DNA from: Candidatus Cloacimonadales bacterium
Lineage (GTDB): Bacteria; Cloacimonadota; Cloacimonadia; Cloacimonadales; JAFGVF01
Assembly: GCA_963662585.1 (NCBI GenBank)
Contig: OY759729.1
Span: 224,001-288,000 of the forward strand
DNA: 64,000 nucleotides
Direction: 5' to 3'
The stretch's first letter is position 1. Each line of letters starts with the position of its first letter. Below are positions 27,612 through 37,553 of the stretch, in pieces. A model generated the notes under the pieces. The model made no database searches and was not told where the DNA came from. It saw nothing but the letters and a program-made list of their open reading frames with translations. A program made the position numbers and the translations under genes.

Positions 27612-28733
27612 ATGTTTGAATACTTAAAAGATAGTAGCTTAAAATTAGAGCGTTTCCCTATAATTGCAGATGATAAGTTTTTAGCTTGGGATGCTGCTGA
27701 TGAATATCTTATCAATCAAGTTAATAATCATCATCCGAAACTATCCAAAGTCCTAATCATCGAAGATGAATTTGGAGCAATTGGCTTAGGATTAAAGGCT
27801 GAGAAAGTTTATTTTGTTAATGATTCCATTCTCTCAATCAAGGGCATAGTTAATAACTTTAGCCAAAACCAAGTTGATCAATCTAATATTTCTTTCATCT
27901 CACCTTATGAAGTTTTTCCTCAAGATATAGACTTAATCATCTTAAAAATACCTAAAGTGAATAGATATCTAGAATTTATCTTAAGCAAATTAAACTATTA
28001 TTATGCTAAGAACACTCCTTTAATTGCCGGATCTATGATTAAATATTTAAATCCCTCAATTTATGACTTATGCCAGAATTATCTTTCAGACTTTCAATAC
28101 TCTTTATCTTGGAAAAAAGCTAAAATAATCACAGGATTTCTCAAAAGCACTAGCGAAGTTAAGAATTTTAACACCTATCTGAATGAATTTGGCCTAACTT
28201 TGGTTAACTATCCAAATCTTTTCTCATCTCAGAAGTTGGATATAGGGACAAGATTCTTGTTAGAAAATCTTGAGCATATAGTTTACCCAGCAAATATCAA
28301 TAATATAATTGATGTCGGTTCGGCTAATGGTATTTTAGGTTTATCTTTATTTTCTAAATTCCCTGATTCAAATCTCTATTTAAGTGACATTACCTATTCG
28401 GCTTATGAATCAGCTTCAACAACAATTAAAGAGAATAAGTTCAAGGAAGAAAATATTCAACTAGTAATGGATAATGCACTTGATAATTTTGCTTCAGATT
28501 TTGCTGATCTTATCATCATAAATCCTCCTTTTCATCAGAATCATAAAGTTTCGATAACTACTTCTTTAGCAATTTTTACAGATTGTGCTAGAGTACTTAC
28601 CAAAAATGGAGCACTTATCATTGTAGCAAACAGACATTTAGGTTACCATAAACATCTCCAAAGAATTTTCTCAAGTGTTGAAATATTTCATCATAATGAA
28701 AAGTTCTTTCTTATCATAGCGACCTCATCCTAG
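27612..28733 (+). CDS. RlmG-like (23S m2G1835 / RsmC family) methyltransferase
   Basis: LERFP..LAWDAADEYLI, FGA, LKIPK, FS..KLDIGTRFLL, DVGSANGILG, NPPFHQ, VANRHLGYH. Confidence 0.85.
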   Translation: MFEYLKDSSLKLERFPIIADDKFLAWDAADEYLINQVNNHHPKLSKVLIIEDEFGAIGLGLKAEKVYFVNDSILSIKGIVNNFSQNQVDQSNISFISPYEVFPQDIDLIILKIPKVNRYLEFILSKLNYYYAKNTPLIAGSMIKYLNPSIYDLCQNYLSDFQYSLSWKKAKIITGFLKSTSEVKNFNTYLNEFGLTLVNYPNLFSSQKLDIGTRFLLENLEHIVYPANINNIIDVGSANGILGLSLFSKFPDSNLYLSDITYSAYESASTTIKENKFKEENIQLVMDNALDNFASDFADLIIINPPFHQNHKVSITTSLAIFTDCARVLTKNGALIIVANRHLGYHKHLQRIFSSVEIFHHNEKFFLIIATSS

Positions 28734-29010
28734 CTCCTCTTTTGATGCTCCTTAACTGACTACTTAATAAATATGTGAAATTTGATCAAGATGAGAGTTA
28801 TAGAGGAAAGGAGATGCAAAGAAGGAGAGTTGGAAAAGGATATATTAGCTAGCAAAATTAAGGCTTATTCTTTGCAGTAAAGTGATTTATATAGATTGTT
28901 ACACTAACTCTTTCCAAGCCTTTAGTTAATATTTTAAAAAAAAGATTGACTATAAATAAAGGGTTAAAGACTATGATTATACTGAATGAAAATGTAATCT
29001 TGGAGATATA

Positions 29011-30309
29011 ATGAAAAAATTGTTTGTCATTGTTTTAATTATAATAAGCTTAATCTTAGTATCTTGTGGAAAAAGCGAAATTACTTCTAACAAAACAAAA
29101 TTATTGTTTTGGCACAGTATGGGTGGTCCCTTAGGATCTGCTTTAGATAGATTGATTAAAGATTTTAATGATAGTCAGAATGAGATTGTAGTAGAAGCTG
29201 TTTCCGTAGGAAACTATACTGCTTTAACACAGAAATTAACCGCTTCTATCCAAGCAGGAAACCAACCTGATTTAGCTCAATTATATGAAAATTCAACAGT
29301 AGATTACATCAAATCAGGTGTCATTGTTCCTGTAGAAAATTTTATCCAAGAGGACCCTCAGCTAATGGAAGATATTCAAAATGATTTCTTCCCTGTATTC
29401 ATATCTAGTAATACTTACGAAGGAAAGATGTGGACATTCCCCTTTAACAAGAGTTTAAGAGTATTATATTATAATAAAGATATGTTTATAAAATTTGGTT
29501 TTGATCCTGAGATAACACCGACAACCTGGTCTGAATTTGTAGAATATTCCCGTGTAATTTGTGCTGAGAGGGATGATAGAGACAATCCATATATTTATGT
29601 TACTAATATAAATAGTAGTGCAACCCAGCTAGTAAATTTAATCTTACAAGCAGGTGGAGAAATATATGATGGTAAAAATGCTAAGTTTAATAGCCAAGAA
29701 GGAATTGAAGCCTTGAAGTATCTTCGTGGATTAGTAGTAGATACTAATGTTGCTTATTTATCAAAAGGTTATGAAGGTCAAAATGATTTCTTAGCATCTA
29801 AAGTTGCAATGTATGAAGGTTCTAGTGTTTCTATGGCTTTTATGCAAAGCGAGAATAAACTTAAATTCAACCTTGGCATAGCTCCTATTCCTAGTTTCCG
29901 AACGCAGAAGAATGTTATTAGCGGAACTAATATTGCTATTTTCAAGAGTAGTAGCGACAAGGAAGAGGCTGCTTGGAAATTTGTTAAGTGGTTAACAGAT
30001 AAAAAACAAACTGCTCAATGGTCTTATGATACTTATTATATGCCATTAAGAAAAAGTGCTTTGAATGTTTCTCCACTTAAAGAGAGATTAGAAAATGATA
30101 AGAACTTATTCTCTGTTTATGAACAATTAAATTATGCTGATACCGAACCAAGTATTTCAGAATGGAGAAAGACAAGAACAGATATAGAAAAGTTCGTTTT
30201 AGAACCTATATATAATAGAGAAAAAAATCTATCAGATGCTGAGCTTATGAAACTTTTAAATAGAGTTGCTAAAGACTTTGAAGAGCGGATAGAGGAAAAT
30301 AACGATTAA
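29011..30309 (+). CDS. ABC transporter substrate-binding lipoprotein (UgpB/sugar-binding family)
   Basis: Lipobox LVSC, FWHSMGG, PFNKS.RVLYYNKD, AAWKFVKWLT. Confidence 0.88.
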   Translation: MKKLFVIVLIIISLILVSCGKSEITSNKTKLLFWHSMGGPLGSALDRLIKDFNDSQNEIVVEAVSVGNYTALTQKLTASIQAGNQPDLAQLYENSTVDYIKSGVIVPVENFIQEDPQLMEDIQNDFFPVFISSNTYEGKMWTFPFNKSLRVLYYNKDMFIKFGFDPEITPTTWSEFVEYSRVICAERDDRDNPYIYVTNINSSATQLVNLILQAGGEIYDGKNAKFNSQEGIEALKYLRGLVVDTNVAYLSKGYEGQNDFLASKVAMYEGSSVSMAFMQSENKLKFNLGIAPIPSFRTQKNVISGTNIAIFKSSSDKEEAAWKFVKWLTDKKQTAQWSYDTYYMPLRKSALNVSPLKERLENDKNLFSVYEQLNYADTEPSISEWRKTRTDIEKFVLEPIYNREKNLSDAELMKLLNRVAKDFEERIEENND

Positions 30310-30325
30310 TAATTTGGAGAATTCA

Positions 30326-32233
30326 ATGAATATAAAAATAAAACTACCTGATGGTGCCATTAAAGAGTTCAATCAAGAAATTACAGTTTTAGATGTCGCA
30401 AAGAGTATTAGTGAGGGCTTAGCTAATGTAAGTTTAGCTGGTATAGTAGATGGCAAAAAAGTTGATTTAGATTTCATTATAGATCACGATGCTGAAGTAT
30501 CGATTATAACTTTTAAATCTGAAGAAGGACCAGATATTTACTGGCATTCAACTGCTCATTTAATGGCTCAAGCTGTTAAGCAACTATTCCCAGAAGTAAA
30601 AGTAACTATCGGTCCGGCAATAGATAATGGTTTCTATTATGACTTTGATAGTGAAAAAGCCTTCTCCGAAGAAGATTTAGAGAAAATAGAAGAAAGAATG
30701 AAAGAACTTTCCAACCAAAAGTTACCTTATTCAAGAAAAGAAGTTTCTCGTGCTCAAGCTATAGAAATATTCACAGCTATGGATGAACCTTATAAATTAG
30801 AGATTCTTAATGAGATTCCTGAAGATGAGATTTTATCACTTTATACTCAGGGGGATTTTACAGATTTATGTAGAGGACCTCATGTTGCTCATACAGGGAA
30901 ACTAAAAGCATTCAAACTCTTGCGTTCTTCTGGTGCATACTGGCGTGGCGATGAAAAGAATAAAATGCTTAAAAGAATATATGGTATTTCTTTCCCTTCT
31001 CCTAAAGAGTTGAAAGTATATCTTAACAATCTTGAAGAAGCTAAGAAAAGAGATCATAGAAAAATTGGTAAAGAACTAGATTTATTCTCTATCAATGATG
31101 ATATCGGACCAGGTCTTGTTTTATGGCATCCTAAAGGTGCTATGATTAGACATCTTATTGAGACTTACTGGAAAGAACAACATCTTGATTATGGCTATAA
31201 TTTAGTCTATACTCCTCACATAGGAAAAGGACACTTATGGGAAACAAGTGGCCATTTAGACTTCTATAAAGATGGTATGTATAATTCTATGGAGATGGAT
31301 GGTGTTGACTACTATGTTAAACCAATGAACTGTCCTTTCCATATTATGATTTATAAATCATCTAAGAGATCTTACCGTGATCTTCCTATGAAGTTAGCTG
31401 AATTAGGAACTGTATATCGTAATGAATTATCAGGTGCCTTACACGGTTTAATGAGAGTTAGAGGATTTACTCAAGATGATGCTCATATTATCTGTACTCC
31501 TGACCAATTAGAAGTGGAAGTAGAGAAACTATTAGATTTCTCTCTAATGGTATTAGGGAAATTCGGTTTCGAGAATTTCGAAATATATCTTTCAACTATG
31601 CCTGAGAAATCAGTCGGTGACCCTGCAGAATGGGCTGCAGCAACTGAGTCATTACGCAAAGCAATTGAAAAACATAAACTAGAATATAAAATTGATGAAG
31701 GTGGTGGAGCTTTCTACGGACCTAAGATTGATATCAAAATTAAAGATGCTCTCAACAGATCTTGGCAGTGTACTACAATCCAATTTGATTTCAATCTTCC
31801 TACTCGCTTTGATATGGACTATATTGGTAGTGATAACCAATCACATAGACCTTATATGATTCACAGAGCTTTACTTGGTTCTATAGAAAGATTCTTTGGT
31901 ACTTTGATTGAGTATCATGCAGGTAATTTCCCTGTTTGGCTCTGCCCTATTCAAGTAAAAGTCCTACCAATTTCTGAAGCAACTTCAGAATACGCTAATG
32001 AAGTTCTTGCAACTTTAAAAGCTAAAGGAATTAGAGCAGAAATTGATGAAAGATCAGAGAAGATTAACTTTAAAGTCCGTGAAGCTGAAATGGCTAAAAT
32101 ACCTTATATGTTTGTTTTAGGTGGAAAAGAAGCTGAAGCAAAAAGTGTTTCTGTAAGAAGACACACTAAAGGTAATTTAGGAGTAATTTCCTTAGATGAA
32201 GCAGTTAATTTAGTATTAAACGATAAAGAATAA
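30326..32233 (+). CDS. thrS: Threonine--tRNA ligase
   Basis: TGS domain, WHSTAHL, DLCRGPH, RDHRKIG, KPMNCP, GAFYGPKID. ATG 30326 follows GGAG. Confidence 0.97.
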   Translation: MNIKIKLPDGAIKEFNQEITVLDVAKSISEGLANVSLAGIVDGKKVDLDFIIDHDAEVSIITFKSEEGPDIYWHSTAHLMAQAVKQLFPEVKVTIGPAIDNGFYYDFDSEKAFSEEDLEKIEERMKELSNQKLPYSRKEVSRAQAIEIFTAMDEPYKLEILNEIPEDEILSLYTQGDFTDLCRGPHVAHTGKLKAFKLLRSSGAYWRGDEKNKMLKRIYGISFPSPKELKVYLNNLEEAKKRDHRKIGKELDLFSINDDIGPGLVLWHPKGAMIRHLIETYWKEQHLDYGYNLVYTPHIGKGHLWETSGHLDFYKDGMYNSMEMDGVDYYVKPMNCPFHIMIYKSSKRSYRDLPMKLAELGTVYRNELSGALHGLMRVRGFTQDDAHIICTPDQLEVEVEKLLDFSLMVLGKFGFENFEIYLSTMPEKSVGDPAEWAAATESLRKAIEKHKLEYKIDEGGGAFYGPKIDIKIKDALNRSWQCTTIQFDFNLPTRFDMDYIGSDNQSHRPYMIHRALLGSIERFFGTLIEYHAGNFPVWLCPIQVKVLPISEATSEYANEVLATLKAKGIRAEIDERSEKINFKVREAEMAKIPYMFVLGGKEAEAKSVSVRRHTKGNLGVISLDEAVNLVLNDKE

Positions 32234-32253
32234 ATTGAAAATATAATCATGTC

Positions 32254-32279
32254 TAATGCGGGTCTAAACACCCGCATTA
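32254..32279 (+). terminator. Stem-loop after thrS (terminator or processing site)
   Basis: TAATGCGGGT-CTAAAC-ACCCGCATTA with a weak U tract. Confidence 0.55.
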
Positions 32280-32307
32280 TTCATAGTAAGAAAGAAGAGA
32301 AAAGATA

Positions 32308-33273
32308 ATGAATAGCTATATTGAAGATTTTAAAGAAGAGTTGTTAAGACAATCTCAAGCTATAAAATTAGCTCATGATAAAGTCAATGATGATGTCATT
32401 AAAGCACTAGATATTTTAATCAAGTGCCAAGGAAAAGTTGTAGTTACTGGAATGGGTAAAGCAGGTTTAATCGCTAGAAAGATTTCAGCTACTCTAGCTT
32501 CTACTGGTACTACTTCCATCTTTCTACATCCTGCTGAAGGTATTCACGGTGACCTTGGAATGCTACAAAAACAAGATGTAGTAATAGCTATATCTAACAG
32601 TGGCAATACTGATGAAGTCATCTCCATTATACCCTATATCAAGTTTAATAACATCCCGCTCATAGCTCTTACTGGCAATATGGAGTCTCGACTTGCTCAA
32701 CATTCTGATGTCGCTTTAGACTGCTCAGTTCCTAAAGACTTTGAACAACTTGGCTTAGTACCAACTGCCAGTACCACAGTGGAATTAGCTATCGGTGATG
32801 CCTTAGCAGTAGCTCTACTAAAAAAAAGAAACTTCGCTCTAGAAGATTATGCTAAGTTCCATCCAGGTGGTTCTATAGGGAAAAAACTTCTACTTAAAGT
32901 TAAAGATCTTATGCACTCTGATATTGAAATACCATTTACAGAAGCAAGTGCCTTTATGGATCAAGCTATTATGGAAATGACTACCAAAAAACTTGGTTGT
33001 ACTTTAATTACAGAAGATGAAAAACTGATCGGAATTGTTACTGATGGAGATTTAAGAAGATTTCTTCAACAGGGAAACTTAGATATTAAAAACTTCCCTG
33101 TTACCAAAGCTATGACTAAAAATCCAAAATTTATCCTAGAGACTAAACTTGCTGTTGAAGCACTGAATCTTATGGAAGAATTTAATATTACAGTTCTTCC
33201 AGTACTAAATTCCGAAAATAAACCTGTGGGTGTAATTCATCTCCACGACTTAATTAAAGCAGGAGTCGTCTAA
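32308..33273 (+). CDS. kdsD: Arabinose 5-phosphate isomerase (KpsF/GutQ family, SIS plus CBS)
   Basis: VVVTGMGKAG.IARKISATLASTGT, HPAEGIHGDLG, PTASTT, FHPGG. Confidence 0.92.
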   Translation: MNSYIEDFKEELLRQSQAIKLAHDKVNDDVIKALDILIKCQGKVVVTGMGKAGLIARKISATLASTGTTSIFLHPAEGIHGDLGMLQKQDVVIAISNSGNTDEVISIIPYIKFNNIPLIALTGNMESRLAQHSDVALDCSVPKDFEQLGLVPTASTTVELAIGDALAVALLKKRNFALEDYAKFHPGGSIGKKLLLKVKDLMHSDIEIPFTEASAFMDQAIMEMTTKKLGCTLITEDEKLIGIVTDGDLRRFLQQGNLDIKNFPVTKAMTKNPKFILETKLAVEALNLMEEFNITVLPVLNSENKPVGVIHLHDLIKAGVV

Positions 33274-33274
33274 A

Positions 33275-33712
33275 TTGAAATTACTTATCCAAAGAGTAAC
33301 TCAAGCCCAAGTAAAAGTTAATAATGAACTGGTCTCAGAGATAAAAGAGGGACTTCTTGTCTTTATTGGAATCGCCACAAATGATGATGAAAGCAAAATA
33401 GATTGGCTAGTCAATAAGCTTATCAATCTGAGAATCTTTGAAGATGAACAAGGAAAGATGAACCTCTCCCTCCTTGATATGAATTATGATGTTTTACTCA
33501 TTTCCCAATTTACCTTTTATGCTAATTGTGAAAGAGGCAGAAGACCAGATTTTATTTCAGCAGCTAAACCTGAATTTGCTCAAGAACTTTATAAGAAATT
33601 TTCCCAAAAACTTGAAGAAGTATATAAAAAACCTCAGGAAGGGATCTTCGGTGCTGATATGAAAGTATCATTACTCAATGATGGACCTGTTACGATAATT
33701 CTAGAGAGGTAA
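33275..33712 (+). CDS. dtd: D-aminoacyl-tRNA deacylase
   Basis: QRV..A.V, LRIFED..GKMNLS, SQFT, FGADM.V.L.NDGPVT; TTG start. Confidence 0.95.
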   Translation: MKLLIQRVTQAQVKVNNELVSEIKEGLLVFIGIATNDDESKIDWLVNKLINLRIFEDEQGKMNLSLLDMNYDVLLISQFTFYANCERGRRPDFISAAKPEFAQELYKKFSQKLEEVYKKPQEGIFGADMKVSLLNDGPVTIILER

Positions 33713-33718
33713 TATTTT

Positions 33719-33791
33719 TATGGAGTGGAAGCGTCTCTGCTTCCACCAGGCTGTATTTCAGCCTGCTCCTAAATCCCCTCTAAGGAGGGAT
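33719..33791. repeat. Mini REP cluster: module B, a CAGGCTG/CAGCCTG hairpin and a D-like hairpin
   Basis: TATGGAGTGGAAGCGTCTCTGCTTCCAC, CAGGCTGTATTTCAGCCTG, ATCCCCTCTAAGGAGGGAT. Confidence 0.85.
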
Positions 33792-33904
33792 ACTTCTTCT
33801 ATAATTCCTATAAATAAAGCAATTTATTCCCTCTTAATAAAAATATCTCTTGTCTAAAATATAAGTTTTTTTTCTTGTTCAACAAAGACAAATTGGAGTT
33901 ATAA

Positions 33905-34837
33905 ATGATAGTAAAAAATACATTAGTAATGGATGCTATGCCTGATTTATTTTGGGAGATAGTTAAAGAGAAAGGTGTGTCCGATTATTTTACTGCAGAG
34001 AATTTAGTTTTCTCTGAGGATATTGAAATCATAATATTACGCACTAAAAGTGTTATTACGGAGTCTCATTACAAAAGATTTCCTAATTTAAAGTGTATAA
34101 TAAGAGCTGGTTCTGGCTATGACAACATTGATGTTGATAAGGCAGAGGAGTATAAAATTATAGTTCAAAATACTCCTGAAGCTAATGTTCAGTCTGCATT
34201 TGAACACACTATTGGATTCCTTTTTTCCTTAATCAAGAATCATAAGCAACATAATCAGAGTGTATTAGAGAATAAATGGCGTAAAGGGATAGTTTCGAAT
34301 TTAGAAGTTTCAGATCTAAGGGTATTAGTTGTTGGTTTAGGAAGAGTTGGCTCTTTAGTAGCAAAATTCTTAAAGACTTGGGGAGCTGAAGTTAAATTTG
34401 TTGATCCTTATATAGATTCTGAAGCTTGGCGAGAGATAAATATTGACCCAATTGATTATGAAGAAGGTTTAGATTGGGCTAATGTAGTTACTTATCATTG
34501 TCCTTTATACAAGCAAACTCAAGGATATTTTGATCAACATAGTCTGAATTTTATAAATCAAGTATTTCTTTTAAATGTCTCTCGGGGTGGAGTAGTTGAT
34601 ATTGATGCTCTTGTTAAGGGAATCTCTGAAAAGAAGATTTTAGGTGCAGGAATAGATGTAATGGAGTCAGAACCTTGGCAGTGTGAAGGTTGGGAGAATA
34701 ATCCTCTGATTTTAATGACCCCACACACAGGAGCTTTTACGGAAAAAGCTAAGAATAGACTTTCACAAGATTGTTTTGAAGTATGGAGTCAGTTTAATTT
34801 TCAAAATATAGTTAAACATCCAATCAAGGTTTGGTAG
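33905..34837 (+). CDS. D-isomer-specific 2-hydroxyacid dehydrogenase (SerA-like, no ACT domain)
   Basis: RAGSGYDNID, NTPEAN, VGLGRVG, HCPL, NVSRGGVVD, TPHTGA. Confidence 0.85.
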   Translation: MIVKNTLVMDAMPDLFWEIVKEKGVSDYFTAENLVFSEDIEIIILRTKSVITESHYKRFPNLKCIIRAGSGYDNIDVDKAEEYKIIVQNTPEANVQSAFEHTIGFLFSLIKNHKQHNQSVLENKWRKGIVSNLEVSDLRVLVVGLGRVGSLVAKFLKTWGAEVKFVDPYIDSEAWREINIDPIDYEEGLDWANVVTYHCPLYKQTQGYFDQHSLNFINQVFLLNVSRGGVVDIDALVKGISEKKILGAGIDVMESEPWQCEGWENNPLILMTPHTGAFTEKAKNRLSQDCFEVWSQFNFQNIVKHPIKVW

Positions 34838-34902
34838 ATAAATTTTCTTGACTAAATAAAGAAAATTATAAATTTTAAGTGCAAACTCTTAAAGGAGACT
34901 AT

Positions 34903-36030
34903 ATGAAGAAGTTTTTGTTGTCATCTTTACTTATAATAATGATATCATTAGTATGGGCTGAATCACACTTTTTAGACATGAGAGTAGGTGATTTTGGTTG
35001 TATAACTAGGGTTGTATTTGAATTCACAGGTAAAATTAATTATAGTGTTCAAGAAGAAGATAGTAATTTATCTGTTTCTATAAGCTCATTGAAAGAGGGT
35101 AAAATTCAATTACCAATAGAAGAATCTAATAATATAGATAATATCACAATTAAAGAAGAAACTGGATCAGCTCAGATAGAATTAGCTTTTAGTTATCCAA
35201 TTGAAGTTACTTCTTACAACTATTTTCAAGAGAACAAGAATTATATAATAGTCTTAGACATCTATGATAGAGGCTACCAAACAGATAAAGAGAAAGGCTT
35301 AGCTACTATACTTTTTAAAGCTCAAAAGTTTCCTTTAAGCAAAATCAGCTCTGAGCTAAATGATTTTTCTGAGAAATATGAAGCTGATGCACTAGTAAAT
35401 TTCTACCTAGGTCGATTATTTGCTACAAAACAAATGAAGACTATTGCTAGTGATTATTTTTCTAAAATAGATTCAAGCTCAGAACACTTCTTCACTGCCC
35501 AAGCTTATATTGATAATTTAAATAAAAATAGATTCCCGACTGAAGAGGTTAAACCTGACTTCTTATTAACAGAAGAAAAAACAGATGAAAAGCCAAATAT
35601 CATTAAAGAAGAAGTTGCTGTTAATGAAAAAGAAAGAGAAAATAAAATAGAGAAAGAAAAAGATATTACAGTAGAGCAAAAAGAAAAAGAAACAGTTAAG
35701 AAAGAAGTAAATCAAACAAAAGCAGAAAGAAATAAATTTTGGTACTTATATCTAATCATCTCCTTACTAGTGATTATTTTCCAGTTTATTCAAGCTATTA
35801 AGAAAAAGTTCTTTATAAAAGAACTGAATGCTAAGTTGGAAAGTTCAGTTTTTGAACTAAAAGCTCTAGAAAATAAATTAGAAAAAGGTGTTGTGATTAA
35901 CAGTAAAACTAAAGAAAAAATTATTATTAAACTTTATAATAGTGGCTGGAAGTCTAAAGATATTGCAGATGAACTCAACACACCTATAGAAATAATAGAA
36001 GCTACTATTAGTAAAGAAGGAAGACTTTGA
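34903..36030 (+). CDS. Membrane-anchored protein: AMIN-like domain, TPR-like segment, TM helix, C-terminal HTH-like tail
   Basis: Signal peptide; MRVG..TRVVFEF..IVLDIY; TM WYLYLIISLLVIIFQFI; tail LYNSGWKSKDIADELNTPIEIIEATI. ATG 34903 follows AGGAG. Confidence 0.6.
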   Translation: MKKFLLSSLLIIMISLVWAESHFLDMRVGDFGCITRVVFEFTGKINYSVQEEDSNLSVSISSLKEGKIQLPIEESNNIDNITIKEETGSAQIELAFSYPIEVTSYNYFQENKNYIIVLDIYDRGYQTDKEKGLATILFKAQKFPLSKISSELNDFSEKYEADALVNFYLGRLFATKQMKTIASDYFSKIDSSSEHFFTAQAYIDNLNKNRFPTEEVKPDFLLTEEKTDEKPNIIKEEVAVNEKERENKIEKEKDITVEQKEKETVKKEVNQTKAERNKFWYLYLIISLLVIIFQFIQAIKKKFFIKELNAKLESSVFELKALENKLEKGVVINSKTKEKIIIKLYNSGWKSKDIADELNTPIEIIEATISKEGRL

Positions 36031-37547
36031 TGTTAAAAAAAACCTTATTGATCCTCTGTACTTTCTCAGTAATTTTACTTTGGGGATTTGACAGTTTAGA
36101 TAATAAAAAAGTAACTTCTCATTACACTAAGAGCTTCACTTCTGAAAAAGCTGATTTTGAGTATTCAAAATTAAAGTTGCATGATGGCTATGATTTTCCA
36201 CTTCAGTCTGTATCCAAATTTTCTCAAACCTTAAATAATTACTTAACATCTAAAAATAAAAAACAATCTCTCTTGATTTACCAAAAGGAGAATAAGATTG
36301 TCGAAGGTCATGTTCTTGGTGGTGTAGAGTATTACCAGAATCAAGATTCAGACAAATATCTTTTCCCCTATTATGGCTTTGAGGTAAAAGCTAATTATGA
36401 GAATCTCTTTCTTGCTGGCAAATGGTGGAAAGGGCATACAAGTACTAATGACAGTTATTCCAACAATAATCATCTAATAAACTCTTGGGTTCAAAAAGAT
36501 GATGATAAAATTTACATTGATAAAATTCAGGGTGAAATTAGATATGAGTTCCCGAAATTTGGTTATCTTTCACTTAATCGAGGTAAGCTTGATATTGGAA
36601 GTAATATTGGGGGAAGTATTATCCTTAATGACCAAAAAGTAAATGATTATTCATATTTAAATTATCATTATAAATTCGGGGATTTCTCTATGGATTTTGT
36701 CCATGCCTCATTGATTGCTGACAGCATTAATACTTCTGGTCCTGGGGCTATCTCAAAAATAGATGCACCTGATAAATACTTAGCATTACATAGATTTGGT
36801 TGGAGACCTAGTAAAAAGCTCTTTATGTTCGTGGGTGAAGAGATATTTTATGGGAATAGAGGAATTGATTACAACTACTTTCTTCCGGTTGGCTTCTGGA
36901 GAATTACCGAACATAATCAAGCAGATAGAGACAATATTCTGATCTTTACTGGATTAGAATATTCCCCAATCAAGAGTCTGCACCTATATACAAATATTAT
37001 TTTTGACGAGCTCTCGAAAAGTAAATTATTCACTTCTTGGTGGGGTAACAAATATGCAATCCAGACTGGTTTAAGGCAAGAGGATCTTTACACATCCCCC
37101 CTATTCTCTTTAAAGAATATCGGTGCAGAATTTACTGCAGTAAGACCCTGGATTTACACCCATAAATACATCTATAGTAAAGCATCAAATGACAATCAAG
37201 CTTTAGGTTTTGCTGATGGCTCAAACCTACTTAAATATACACTAGAAACTGAGTTATCATTCCTAGATGATAGACTAGATTGGGTGATTAATGCTTCCTA
37301 CAAAAGACAAGGTAGTCAAGGAAATGCTTTTTATCTCAACTATGCTGACGAAATTGGGCCTGAAAATTATGAAACAGCTTCAGCTTCATGGTTAGATGGT
37401 ATCATTACAGATACTTATGCCCTAAAACAAGAGATAAGTATTGAACTACTGTATAGTCATAGAATAAAGTTCACTTATGAACTAATTAAAGAGAGAAGCT
37501 CTTCTACCGATTCGGATATTACTCTAAGTTATCAAACAAGATTCTAA
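36027..37547 (+). CDS. Outer-membrane beta-barrel protein (capsule assembly Wzi-like)
   Basis: Signal peptide; KYLALHRF, E..FYGNR..NYFLPV, DRDN, RPWIYTH, LGF..GSN; terminal YQTRF. Confidence 0.6.
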   Translation: MMLKKTLLILCTFSVILLWGFDSLDNKKVTSHYTKSFTSEKADFEYSKLKLHDGYDFPLQSVSKFSQTLNNYLTSKNKKQSLLIYQKENKIVEGHVLGGVEYYQNQDSDKYLFPYYGFEVKANYENLFLAGKWWKGHTSTNDSYSNNNHLINSWVQKDDDKIYIDKIQGEIRYEFPKFGYLSLNRGKLDIGSNIGGSIILNDQKVNDYSYLNYHYKFGDFSMDFVHASLIADSINTSGPGAISKIDAPDKYLALHRFGWRPSKKLFMFVGEEIFYGNRGIDYNYFLPVGFWRITEHNQADRDNILIFTGLEYSPIKSLHLYTNIIFDELSKSKLFTSWWGNKYAIQTGLRQEDLYTSPLFSLKNIGAEFTAVRPWIYTHKYIYSKASNDNQALGFADGSNLLKYTLETELSFLDDRLDWVINASYKRQGSQGNAFYLNYADEIGPENYETASASWLDGIITDTYALKQEISIELLYSHRIKFTYELIKERSSSTDSDITLSYQTRF

Positions 37548-37553
37548 TCTATA

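Noticed and set aside
29011..30325. T-box or autoregulatory leader for thrS
   Set aside because: thrS starts 16 nt after the upstream gene, leaving no room for a leader.
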